A DNA stretch of 64,000 nt from Eimeria praecox (lineage: Eukaryota): the NCBI GenBank assembly GCA_963920595.1, contig OY986949.1, positions 2,046,001 through 2,110,000 on the forward strand, written 5' to 3'. How positions within the stretch are numbered: position 1 is the first letter of the stretch; every line of letters begins with the position of its first letter. The translations under genes and the position numbers were made by a program. Of this stretch, positions 1 through 12,100 are shown piece by piece. The notes under the pieces are model-generated. The model searched no databases, was not told the origin of the DNA, and worked only from the letters and a program-made list of their open reading frames with translations.

Positions 1-2669
1 ATCGATGTGCACGACAGTACCTCCAAGCCGTCGACCGAAAGCGGTTCAAGAGAATGCATAGACGACGGGGAGAAGCACTGGCCTTTAGCTCATTGAACAG
101 CCACACAACTATAATAAGCGCCCACTGCCGAGGAAGCTGCTCAGCCGCAGCTGCAGCAGTCAGTGCTTCATGATCGCGGGCTAGTCTGAAAATACGCCAA
201 CAAGCTTGGAAGCAGCCCTTCAGTTTGACGGCGTGCAGCAGGACCAACAGTACAATTCGTGCTGCTGAGGCAGCCGCTAGGCGCAGTAATCTCAGAACAG
301 CAGGGCTTGCTGGCATGCGCCAAGTACGATGCGCAAAGGCAATATACGTCAGAGGCAGACACTAGGAAAAAAGCCGCCTTTATCAGCAAAACAGCATGTT
401 TGGCGTACTGGCGAGCTGCAGATGGAAGGGGCGGTACTTTCCTGCCAGTGCGCCGACCGTAGAATGGCCGCAGTTTTTCACTGTCGGAGATCACCTAAAG
501 AAAGGGAGGCACACAAGGATATGCAATCAGCCCTTATTAAGTAGCTAGACACGAACTCCACAGAGCCTCAAAGTGTAATTTGCTAGAAGCCTCTTGCAAC
601 GTGGCTCGTGGAGAAGAAAACGAACCTGCTTCTCCTTGTGTGCGGCGAGGGCTTGGCATATGCTGTGTTCGTCGCAGTAAAAGGCAAATGGTGTTAGGGC
701 GCGGAGCATCAGCTTAAGAACGAGTTTAAGCAGCTCGAGCCGAAGGCACAGGGCGAAGCGTGGGCCTTCTCCTCCTTGCCGCAAAGCACTGACCTCCAGC
801 AACAGCTGCAACGCACGGACTATCTTCAATGCAAGAGAAATAGCTCCAAAGAGTGCCACCCGGACGGAGGTTGGTAAGTCTACTGTAGTATTTGCCCCCA
901 TTTCCAAAGGCCGCCCGCCAAGCAAAGGCACCGCTGGATCTCGAGAAATGCCCGCTAGTCTTGAAACTCCAGCACTTTCCGACGAGCATTCCCTTCGAAT
1001 CTTCCACTGGTGGTGCAACGCCTCAGCCTGTAGCAGCTCTCCTGGAGGGGAGAGGAAGTGGGCACGGTAAAGACAGAAAACGTCAAAAACCCCCTGAATT
1101 ATCAGAAAACGCCGTTCACTCCGATCATCTGAAAAACCAACAAAACACCACTGTGCAAATTATAAGTGTGTGTGTTCGCCCCCAGAAGCGGCAGCAGCCA
1201 CCGCTGTGACAGCAGCTCCGACGGCAAGAGCAACGCGGTATAGTTGAAACAGCAACACCAGCAGCTCCACGTTTGTTACCTGCTGCATGGGCAGGCAGAA
1301 CTTGCAAGGCGAGTCTCGCGATGTCCTCAACGGTCCCTCCATACATCTCAAGGATGCAACGGTGCCACTCGAGCACGGCCTGGAGCAGTCTCTCTCTCTG
1401 GCGTGGTCCTTGCTTTGCCTGGCAGTTAAGCTCACTGAGTTCTGCCTGGGGAGCATGGACCTCAGTAGAGTTGTCTGCTACCTTTGGGCTTAAGGGATCC
1501 TGCTTCTGCTGCGCACCAAGACGATCCACAAGAGAACAAGCTACCGATTTGGTGTAGGAGGACAGGCGAGCAAGCACACCCTGCCGGTTTGCCTGGACGG
1601 GTTTTGTGCCGATGCAAGACGTGGAGGCACCAGAAGCTTCCCAACCGTCCGCTTCACTCGTAGCTCCATAAACCATTCCACTGAGCGTTTCTATGCTACT
1701 ATTTTCTGCGCTGGCGCCCTCTTCAGCTTGAGTGGCACTGCCGATACAAATTGGGTAGCGCACATCTTGCTCTCGCACAGCCCCAAGAGCAGAACAGGAA
1801 GAGAAGGGCACGGGGCTTTCCACTTCAGCAGACGATGGCTGACACAGGAGAGAAGGAGTCTGATCATCCGGGTTAGCCGCGTCTGTGCCCTGCCTGCGAG
1901 GCTCCTCAACGCGAATCCATTCCCCTTCACTCTCGCTTACTGGGGAAATGCGAGGCAAGGCGGCTGCCGCAGAGCTAGTTGCAGCCAACTGCTTCTGTCC
2001 TGGTGGCAGCTGCTCCTGCTGCTGAAGAAACGAAACTGGCGCTCGCTGTTCCGGCTGTGCTTCGTACGGCTGTTGCTGCTGCGCTACTTGCGTGTTAGGA
2101 GTGATCGGCTGCTCGTTCTTTAATCTCGAATGCTGGGTTGTGCCACTGCGCGATGCACGTCCTCCATCGGATACTTCAGGAAGCCTTTGGAGCTGCTCCG
2201 CATTATCCACGGTGCCACCACACAGGCTGTCCGCCTGCGTCTCTGGAGGGGAAGTTATCAATGACCCCCCCGCGTCTGAAGAGTCCCCTGGCAGACTACG
2301 TGGACTATGAAAAGAACACCCATCTTCTTGCGACACTACCATAGAGGCAGATTCGTTCCTACTTGACGTGTGTACACTGTGCACAAGAGCCAGGGGAGGC
2401 GAGACAGACTCTTCTTCTCTCTCTGTTAGATCCTCCCCATAGGTGCTCGATGCACTCTCGCTCTTCAGGGGAGCTGCACGGGAGACCACCGGAGTGCAGA
2501 ACTTCGACTCTTTCGAAACTTCAGAAACATAACTGATGGCAGAAGGGTTTTCGTGTGAAGGTGGAATGGCTCGAGACGCATCCGCGTGAGCTCTTCCAGG
2601 GCGAGTATTCGCCCAGCGCTTTCTCGGCATTTTTACTTCGCATTGACGCAGATGCTTATCCACCTGCAC
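1..2669 (-). CDS. Hypothetical multi-exon protein; 3' end unresolved, probably beyond the window start
   Basis: 514-aa ORF 1125..2669 (ATG at 2630) with a GT donor after 1280. A phase-compatible acceptor (cccctccag) gives exon 1041..794 (GELLQAEALHHQW...RALQLLLE). Further probable exons at ~745-626 and from 494 downward. No domain recognised. Confidence 0.55.
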
Positions 2670-3443
2670 ACGGAACTAGTGAAAGGGGGAAACGCTGCAC
2701 GAAAAGGAACCCACTCGCCCCAGCCAAGAGCCGCCCCCCCTCGCACTGGGGGGTACGTTAATCTGCTGCTGAATCAGTGTGCAATTGTTGCAGCAGGAAG
2801 ACCTCCAGGGTAAGAAGTGTGATCTCCAATTAAACGACAAAGGCGAAGGAAGCGCGATGCGAACGAAGACAATGATCTAGCACTGCTTCGAATTCCAGCA
2901 CAGAGGCGGTCAGGCTGGCCACAAAAAGCCCAAGCATCGTTGAGGAACAGAAATGGTTTGTGTAGCATTAATAGGCTACGAGCTTGTTCTGCGTCTAAAT
3001 TGTACACTTGACTTTAAAATGCTGCGTCTCGTGAGAGCCATTGTTACAACGGGGGCCCCCCAAGCCCCCGCCCGCAGCTGTCTGCTCACAGACCGGTAGC
3101 GAGCTCAGTGACTGCACTCACCCACACTATATGGCACCCTTGCTCTCTGAAACTCTGACGAAACTCCTGATGCCATATCGAGCTACAGAAAGACCAAAAT
3201 AGCTACATTAATGACCCGAGAGACTCCAAGAGAAACAGAACTGCTCCTCTTGCCCTAGCTCGCTGCGGCTCTGTGCTGTATTGCCTCATTGAGCCCCAGG
3301 ACAACAATTTGTGAGTTGATTGCATTGGGAGCAGGCCATATCATACGAATTTGAGTTTGCTACTGCGTAAACGTACCGTCACATGGATGCCGGCAAGTCA
3401 CCATATTATCGCTGACTTGTCGGCATGTATGTTGAAACGCAAT

Positions 3444-3794
3444 TGTAGCGCAGTCTGCCCCAAATGTCTACTGTGTCCCCACAGAAGTACAGGCTGGCTA
3501 GTAAGGGCCTAGCAGGTGTTTAACTATTGTCTAGTATGCTAATGCATGCCTGAAGAACGATCTTGGGTATGCCCTTACATGTGGGGTTGCCAAGTGGCAG
3601 CAGCTTCCTGCTGTGCTACAGCTCAAAGTGCGCAGCCTCTTCTCCATAGCAGCCCCAGGCCCTTGAGCAGATATGCGGTGGAAGCTTAGAGAGTGGGCAA
3701 GCGGGCAGCTGCTTTTGGATAGCTTCCTCTTAAGTGTTTTGGCAATACTGGAGCTTACGAGTGTCCTCAGATGAGGTGGAGGACCCTCAGTACC
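3444..3794 (+). repeat. LTR (subtype A), plus strand, ~350 bp
   Basis: Starts TGTAGCG. Shares blocks ctggctagt, tgcatgc.tgaaga, atgtgggg.tgc, gcccttg, gctttt and gaggac with the reverse complement of 7454-7641 plus 7991-8136. Followed by a PBS and a leader homologous to 7453-7290. Confidence 0.7.
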
Positions 3795-3815
3795 CTGGGT
3801 AGCGCGGCATGGTTA
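3795..3815 (+). promoter_or_regulatory. Putative primer-binding site (tRNA-iMet-like) of the plus-strand LTR copy
   Basis: ctgggtagcgcggcatggtt lies directly after the LTR and is homologous to the PBS at 7433-7453. Confidence 0.55.
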
Positions 3816-4129
3816 AGAAAGGCGCAAGCTAAGAAATGCACCCTTTCAGCAGGATGTCGAGGCGTATAGAGCTGTCTACTGGCAAAGGGAGCTTAAAAAA
3901 AAGGAAAGAGATCTCTAGATAATGTGACTGATATCAAGGATACACGGATATTAACAGGATCTGATTAAGGAGAACCCTCTCTCTCAACGCGGGACTGACA
4001 TGAGATGCACTGGAGCTAAGAACTTACGAGAAATCGCCAAAAAAGCAACTAAGGTCCCCTCCAGCCTCCAAGAATCCTGGGCACTGCGGCCGAAGGGCGG
4101 CAACGGACAGAGGGAGACAGGGACCGGCT

Positions 4130-4480
4130 TCTCACGGGATGCGATTCACCTTGCTGCGGCCAGTCGTGCACAGCACGGATGACCAAGTAAGTGCATATAG
4201 GCACTCTACACTTCAGTTTACAATCCCACCTCATGCGAGAATGGGGCATTCGCTGAGCGTGCACGCAAGGCTGCCTTGTAGCAAAAGCTGCAGCAAGGTG
4301 CGCTGCCGCCCGTGATTACACTGTCCGTATCCTCACCGGCTATCCCCCTTGGGCCGTTGTGCGCAGGGCGCCTGGAGGCTGGAGGGGAGTCCGAACGCTT
4401 TTCGTGAACTCTTTCTTTAGGCCATTGGCTCCTTTGCTGCTCGCGAGGGTCCTCGGCTAAGATCGACGACTCTCGTTACA
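4130..4480 (+). repeat. LTR (subtype B), plus strand, ~350 bp, preceded by a purine-rich PPT-like tract (~4105-4123)
   Basis: Ends ggctaagatcgacgactctcGTTACA at 4480. Collinear with the reverse complement of 7642-7975 (shared blocks such as tggaggctg.agggga and gctttt). Confidence 0.72.
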
Positions 4481-7432
4481 CAGTGCATGCCCTCCGATGA
4501 GGAGACGATAGCCGGCTGGGCGCCTCGTCGCCCTGGAAGAAGACCAGTATTTGCATCCCGTCCAGCATGGTATTGTTACCGCGTAATTGATTCATGAAGA
4601 ATACTCCTGCCTTTGCCCTCTGTTTCGATATGGCATGCAGCGCTTTGCTGTGGCAGTGGAAGGAAACTTTGCTCCCCTGCTTATTTGATACCCTGCTCAT
4701 ACAGCAGCATACCCATCTCTGTCTCACTGGCATCGTTTGTTCGGCAGAGCGGTTGGTCGAATCAGTAGATGCGAGTACTCCAGGCAATGCCAACCCTCTG
4801 ATGAGGTTTCGGGCTACTTCTTCGTCGGTATCTACCCAAAGAATTTGTTTTTCCTCCTTTGGTTAGAGGAACGATGATATGATAGGACCCAGAGATAAGC
4901 ATACAGTAGTACAATGTGAGACCGCGGGACTTCCAAACGTCCGTGCAAGTGTGCATGAAAAGCAGTGCTTTTCTCAGGAATTTTCGGCGGCCGTGTCTCG
5001 ACTCTGCTGAGGCGGAACGGGATCCAAAGAAGCCAGCTGTTTGCATGAAGAGCAGATATTTTTATTCTTTCTTTTAGATGAAGAACGGACACATTTATGT
5101 GGTCCGTAGCGGCTCAGCTACGAACTGCAATGTACCCTGCAGGCGCTGCAAGTGTTCTTGTGCTTTCTTGCTGCGCAGAAGCCCTTCAACGATGCATGGC
5201 GCCATCCAGCCCCCATGGACTTTGCCAGTATATCATTACTAACCTGGCGCTGCACCTCTGCGAGTGTCTTCATGAGCCTATGCGGCATACAGATGCACTT
5301 AGTTTGCGAATTCGAATATGAACCGCAGCCTTGTACCTGCTGTCGGGATGTACTGAGGTCTGTCAAAAGGGCTGCGCATAAATTAAATACGGAGCAGATT
5401 TCTGAACCGTGAAGCCGGTCAAGCAGTTTGCCTATCCGAGGTAGCGAAAGCTTTTGCTTGAACTGTGATTGTATCACGGTGCTTGAGGCCGAAGCACATA
5501 TGCTCCCGCCCCTTCTGCTCCTCGCTCCCTGTCATGCTTCATTACTGTCCGGAAGGCATAGTTGACGGTTAAACTTGTTCCTTCCTTACCAGTTTATCTG
5601 GTTGGAGCCCAAGTTCATTTTCAAGATACGTGAATGCCTACGTCTTGGACAAATGATTGGCACTGGGCCGGGAGTGAGTTCAATGCAATGCATTGTGTAC
5701 CTCGCGGAAGGCCGGCCCGTTGGAGCCTCTTAGCATTACCTAAGAAATCATCCTTCAGATGTGCTAGCTTGGGGTGTTCTTAGGATGCGGACTGGATAGG
5801 AACCCCTCCAAACTAGATCTTCGTAGGACTTCAAGACACATGACGGACTGCACGCATTTTCCCGTCGTTTCTGGCAGCGCCTACATGCTGCGCTGGAGTC
5901 CCCCTGCTCCTTTCTACTTCTGGCGCAGCTTTCATTTCTCTTAGCGCAGCGATTGCGCGTTCTGCTGGCAGCGTTTAGGAGCTCACACTCTCACCGCATA
6001 TTTAGCCTCCCGTGAGTTTCCGGGGGAAGCCTAGTATTATCTCGTGGTGAAGTGGTCCAAAGTAGATGCCCCTTATCATGGTAATATGATTCATTTCTAA
6101 ATTGAGCATCTATTAAAAGCTCGTGGTTTCAACGACCTGCGTGCGCTATCTGACACGGGTGAGGCCTAGCCGTCGAGACTGCGCCAATGAATAGACACGA
6201 GGGTTGCGGCACCTCGCCGTAGTTTCAGATATCAGATCAAGTTTACAACTTGTGCCAAACAGCCTTGAGAACTCTTGACTGTTCACACTAACTTGGATAA
6301 GCACGGAGTGGAGTCCAGGCCGATCTGCAGCTGCGGGCTGCAACCTTTTTCCTAAAACTCCACTGAATCGCACCTTGCACAAGAACTAGGGCGTTTCCCC
6401 GATCGCTCCGTTGGTTCCCCTGCCACCGCTGTTCAACATCTTTTGCGGGATCCCGTTGGCTCTTTGCCTTTTCCTGCGATCTTCAATACTGTATCCTTGC
6501 TTGTTGCAAAAGAAGCAGGCCCCCCGCCTGCTACGACTCCTCTGCTATCTGAACGGTGCGTTGGCTGACTGCTGTCTGTTCTCTCTACTTACCTTTTTCT
6601 TGGCGTGCCTGGTGTTCGTACACCCAGCAACCGTAAGCTCTAGATCATTTCCACTGCGATTTTCGTCCTTCCCAGCAAGGCTATGAAAGTGGCATTTTTC
6701 TTCCTTCGGCCCGTAAGTACCCCATCATGTCGGCGAGCTCAACCCCTTCACCTCTTACTTCCCTTATCGAAACTCCGCCGCCTATAGGTTTACTCTCTCC
6801 AGGGAGCAGCCCTGCTACGAAGCATTGAAATAGTAGCCCCGAGCACACAGCTGAGGTTCCATTCATCCAGGGTTTGTATTTCTAGTTTCACTTAATGTTG
6901 AGGTAGCTTTTCTGCTTGCCACCGTCGATATTTAGCTAAATCGGGGCTCAACACGGAAAGCATCCAGAGTCATGCGCTCCAAAAAATTGGGGGACTTTGC
7001 TCGGATGAAACAACCATTGTAATAGTAATACTTCCCTTTTTAGTATGGGTGATGCCAATAGTAACTGCAGCCTTTTGAGTTCGCTTCTGAAGAAGCAAGC
7101 ATGCTTCCAGATAAACAAGGAATTCATCCACAGTTCCTGCAATACTTGAGCACTGGAGAAGGGAAGAGGTATTCCTCATGAATAATTTTCACGCTAAAAC
7201 GTTTTCGGCTGGATGGGGAGAGAAAACTGCACTTGTTCCAATGTAACGAGACGGCGCCCAGCTGTTGATAGCCTCCTAGATGGATGGCAGATCCTGATAA
7301 TCTCCACGGCACTTTGATTTCACGAATACTGTCTAGAGAACTTTTTTGCCAGGCACTTTCACGAGTAGATAGGGCTGCGCACCTGATCATCCCGCTGATA
7401 GGGTGGGCCTCTTAGCTTTTCTCTACCTCCTT

Positions 7433-7453
7433 AAACCATTCGGTGCTACCCAG
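7433..7453 (-). promoter_or_regulatory. Putative primer-binding site complementary to the 3' end of initiator tRNA-Met
   Basis: Minus strand cTGGGTAGCACCGAATGGTTT follows the LTR-terminal CA directly. It resembles the complement of the eukaryotic tRNA-iMet 3' end (TGGTAGCAG..ATGGTTT). Confidence 0.6.
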
Positions 7454-8136
7454 TGTAACGAGAGTCCTCGTCCTTAGCCAATGACTGTTTTAAGCTTTGA
7501 TTGTGGCAAAGTATTTGAGAGGATACCCAAAAGCAACTGATCCCACACGTAGTCTCCCACCTTCCAAGGCGTACCGGCACAAGGGCTTAGAGGTAGGGCG
7601 AAAACGAGGCTGCCCCTCCTGAATCGCACCACTTCTCGCTGTGTAACAAGAGCTTTCCATCTTGGTCGTGGCCCATCACAAGCTCCAATAGGGTCGAATA
7701 CTTGGAAAATAAGTTCGGAAAAAGCAATTGACATCCCCTTCAGCCTCCAACCCCCCTTGATGCAACTCTCCAAGGGCCTAGGCTGGTCGAGGTACGGGCA
7801 GGCCTGTCAAGGGCTACAGTGCATCTACTGCAACTAGTGCTGTGGGGCAGCCCCCCCCCATAATGCACAACCAACGCCCCTTTTGTTGCATGTGCTAGCA
7901 TTGTAGAATGTGGTTTAGAATGTCCTCAAACACTTGAACATTCGTACTCAGCCTGTGAGCAGCTAGGGAACAACACTACTTCGAGCTGCAACGAATACTC
8001 GCAGCCCCACATTGACGCACACGCGTTCCCTCTTCAAGCATGCACTAAAGGCGTAGGCACTTGCCGAACGCTTACTTGGTCTTCACTAGCCAGACCCAAA
8101 GTAAGGGGAAGTGCACTCCCCAACGTTGCTAACACA
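7454..8136 (-). repeat. 5' LTR (subtype A; 7454-7641 plus 7991-~8136) split by a nested solo LTR (subtype B; 7642-7990)
   Basis: Two GTTACA LTR termini on the minus strand, at 7454 and 7642. The flanking halves join into a sequence collinear with LTR 3444-3794. The inner ~350 bp is collinear with LTR 4130-4480. Confidence 0.7.
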
Positions 8137-9167
8137 GGCGGGCGGACCTTATTGAACCCCCTACTCACGCGAAAAGCATAACCAGATCACTGACTCGCCA
8201 CCTTGTACAGTGAATAGATTCTGCATAAATTCGCTAGCTAGGCATCCTTCTGTGCTATCTGTACCTAAACAGACCGCCCTGTTCACCGTACGAGGTAATG
8301 GAATGCCGAATGCTGAACGTAAGGAGCGTTACATGCTACATTGCACACAACGGTCTTTCGACGAGGCGTACCCAATAGATGCGCCTCCAACTCCATCTGC
8401 CTGCTATTATGAAGCCTACTAAAGCACTATCCATTCAACAATATGCAATTGTACACAATTACTGACTGCAGGCTGTCACTGGCAGCTGCACCCTCAGGAT
8501 GCACAGCACAACGCGAACCCATAGAAGCGCGTCTGTATCTGCACAAGGTCTTCAGGCGGGTGTTAATACGTACGTGAAAAGAAAACGGGTCGAAAACTGT
8601 CCAAATGTAGGAGCTTATGAACGAATGGGAGGCAGTGAGTGTTATACCATCGCGCATGCAAGCTTGAGGCAGCGCCAAATGAGTCGTCTTGGGGCTCTAA
8701 AGCGGCCGACAGCTCCCGGGGGTCTTTGCTATATAAAGATTACTTGATTGCCTCAAATAATAAACTTCTTGTAATAGATGGCTGAAGTAAACGCCGTGCT
8801 GCCCCTGTACTACAGTGTGCCCAGATAGAAAGCAATGAGCAACTGATGGCGCGCCGATTCTGAGCACAAGACTTGTTGTCTCGCTGGAGAACGACTGCTG
8901 ATTGGAATGCATAAGGTCATGGGAAAATCAAAGGAGCTTTCATGTAGCTGGTGCTGCCACAGTGTACATCTTGAGACGGGTTGCACGCACAATTTAGTTC
9001 TGAGTGACTTGCACAACTTCATCTTTTCCTATAGTCCCTTGCCTACCCTGACGGGCAGATGATCCTTCCACTGCCCTTCACATGCTCTTAAGCAATCGCG
9101 TCGGCTGCCACTGAAGGCGGGCGGCTTCACCGTGCCTGTAATCAGCTGACAGTTCCGTTCGTAGAAA

Positions 9168-12100
9168 ATGGAGTTTGAAAGTTCAAACGTCTCATCCGTC
9201 TCGGATTCACCCGCTGAATTTCACGACGACAGCAGGAGCAGCAGCAGCACTGGTGGTGACGGAGGTGCGGGGGCGGCCCACGACCAAGGCAGCTCCCCGG
9301 CAGCATCAGCAGACAGAGCCGTGGACGCCTTGGAGGAACTTACTCCTTCTGCTGCAGAATCTGAAGGTTGGGTGCAGCCGAGCAGCATCAGTTACTTAGT
9401 TAGTCAAGGGATGGCTGCTGGGCCTTCCAATGCTCAGGCAAGCGGCGAATTTGTTAGCCTCCCTTCCCAAAGCAATTCTAGCAGCAAAGTCATTCCGTTG
9501 CAGCAGGGACAGGGATGTGGACTTACTGTGGATTCCGCTGCTGCATCAGAAGGTGCGGCAGAGGACGTGGGGTCTTCGTTCACCGTCATCAATGCTCTAA
9601 AAAGGGAGGTGTTTGCAACTTCTGCGCTTCTACGTGCCTTGCGAGTGCACGCTGTTTCACCGACGCGTGGGCTTTCATCAGCATCGCAACAGCAGCTTGC
9701 TGCTGCTGTTGCGCCTCTGGTGAAGTCTTTCGAGCTGCTGAGTGAAAGGCTAGCTGCGGCAGAAGCAGCGAAAGAGCCGCCCCCAGCCGAACTGCAGGAG
9801 CAGCATATCCACCCGTTTCTATTTGTGCTTGCACAGCAGCAGCTGCAGCACAAACAACAACAAGGTCTCAATAAACAGCAACAACTGCTGCACCAAAGCT
9901 GCATGCGGGCCTTAGCTTCTGCAGTCCTGCGATGTATGAACTCACCCTTTTCTTAGAGACCCGCCTTCGTTACCGCGTTTCCTCTTGATGATTGCTTTGG
10001 TTGTGTCGTATGCGAGCATAACTTGACGCGTGTCAGCCGCTCTCCGCATCACGTAGTTGCAGGCATAGCTTTTATTTTGTCGGTTCTGTCCTGTGTGTTG
10101 CGGCTTGCAGCACTTGATCAGTTGCTAACTGTGGGACTTCTTCGCTGCCGCAGCGCCGCAGGACGCCGGTGTTTGCACGCTTTAGTCCTGTCCTTGAGGA
10201 ACTGTGCCTTGCAGGCAACCCAGCGGCTACATTCGGCTCCGACTCAGCCTTCTGCAGCCAATGCAACTGCTGCTGCTGCTGCGGTTCTGGGGTCCGAGGC
10301 CTACGGCGGCACATATTTTGCTCCTGCATCGCCTGCTGCTGAAGAGGAGCTACTTCTACTCCAGTGCTTAGACCTTCTCAGCAGCTCGCTGCTTGGTCCT
10401 GCGGGTGTGCATTGCAGTGTATATTCCCATGGATATCACGGGTGTCATGAGCAAGCGACCAATACAGCTGCATCTGCGGGCGCAGCAACACAGAAATATT
10501 GCTTTATGGAACCCAGCACTGTTTGCACATTGTGCTTCCACTTGACCCCGGCAGCTGTCAGGGCTGTCATTAGTGATTTCTCCCGAAGCTACTGGCCTCT
10601 TTAATCCCTGTAGTAGAGTAGAAGGGATCTAGTGGGCTGAAGTTGCTGTCTCGCTCAACAAGGCTGTATGCAGCTGGGTTATGCTTTGTCTCAGGGCATG
10701 TCTTCTCCGACTCTTGTGTCGCTAGCACAATTCAGTGCTGCGTGGCCGTCAGGTATGTTGAGCACGTTCTTGCCTTATGGAACAATGCTGTTATCCGTAG
10801 CCAAGGCGTTTAGTTTTGCCGTTCCACCTGCTTGCGGTAGCAGGTCTTGTAGCTTGCAGGCTTGCCAGCTAGGCTGCTCAGGGTGTTCCTGAGTTACGTT
10901 GTGCATGCTTCCTGCTGGTTTGCTGCTGCGTTTACAGCTACCCAGCAGGGTTGCAGGTGCATGCACATAGGTTAGCACAGGGAGCTGGTGCAGTGATACT
11001 CCCGTTACTTTGCGTCCTCCTGCTGTATGTGAGGTTTGTGCCTCTTGTTTCTGTGCAGCTTGTTACACCGCGCCAGCCCTCTGCTGAGAAATGCAGCGGC
11101 CTCACGCGCTGTCGCCATCATTCGCCATCTCTTTGCCTCAGAGAACCTTATTTTGCTCTCGCGTCGGCAGGGACATATGCACGAAGGGGAAGGGACGCAG
11201 AAACATTCAGCAAGCACAGATGGCCTGTGCCACGAGAGGCAAGAGGAGGAGCAGCAACAGCAGCAGCAGCAGCACGCATCACCTCCGCCGCACTTCATTG
11301 CTCGTCTGGAATCTGCAATGTCTATCAGATCCACAGACACCGCATATTTCCCTACACGCCATTCAGCTTTGGTGAGGCTCCAACAACCTTGCTTTTGTTA
11401 CCTGGGCGCTGGCTCGTAAACTGTGGATTCACCATTTCGGTGCACGCTTGCTATTCGCGTGAGAATGCTGTGCGTGCGTGCATGTTCGCATGCATGGGCG
11501 CACATGCTTGTGCGGAATTGTATCCGCGTCTGATTGCCGAGAACAACGTAGGCAAGCACGTAGACACAGAATGGTTGGGACACTGTGACAACCTCACTCG
11601 AGATACCTGCGGCCCCATATCATTCCCAGAAGCGGATGTGTGCATATCCTTCGTTCGGTGTGCAGAAGGGCTATGGGCTAGAATGCCGTCTGCGAATCCT
11701 AGCTCTCGTCGCTAGGCTGCTGTCGCACGAAGAGCCTCGAGTAAACCCCAGCAACTCAGGAAGCGGCAGCAGCAGCAACAGCAACAGTACCTATTACGCT
11801 AGCGTCGGTTCAGTGGGGAGCAGGGCTGATACTGCTCTCCCTCCATTCGTTTCAGTGGCCGACTCAGGCTGCTTGCATACAGCGCCAGAAGGGTCTGGCG
11901 ACACGAAAGGGGATGCGTCCGGGAGGCAAAACCAGCCAGAAGAGGCTGTGCTTGTCTCGGATGCATCAGCACCAGCAACGGCAGCGGCGGCTGCTGCTGC
12001 TGGTAGCAGCCAAAACGCAGTTGCATCTTCCTCAGGGGACAAGGGCTCTCGCCCGGGCGCCGTTAGTGGTATTGACCGGGTGAGGCGACTTGACGTGCGC

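Larger units (their letters stand above)
3250..8136 (-). mobile_element. Degenerate Ty3/gypsy-type LTR retrotransposon (LTR-PBS-gag-PR-RT-RNaseH-IN), full of stops and frameshifts
   Basis: Minus-strand remnants in gypsy order: LTR end ...ctctcGTTACA at 7454, then PBS. Gag zinc knuckle CFFCNKQGYSIEDR (6517-6476). Protease LFGTSCKLDLIS (6262) and HEIILGFP (~6030). RT APTGRPSARYTMHCIELTPG, LPRIGKLLDRLHGSEICS and MPHRLMKTLAEVQRQVSND (5118-5730). Connection GLTLYYCMLISGSYHIIVPLT. RNase H DASETEMGMLLYEQ (~4720). Weak integrase HPCDG remnant (~3380). Confidence 0.85.

Noticed and set aside
3040..3075. 3' LTR of the gypsy element (G-rich tract followed by TGTAAC on the minus strand)
   Set aside because: The downstream sequence shows no visible similarity to the four LTRs identified.
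3960..4100. Chromodomain remnant in the mini-element interior
   Set aside because: Only a faint resemblance (LIKENPLSQ...LQESW); the key aromatic residues are not recognisable.
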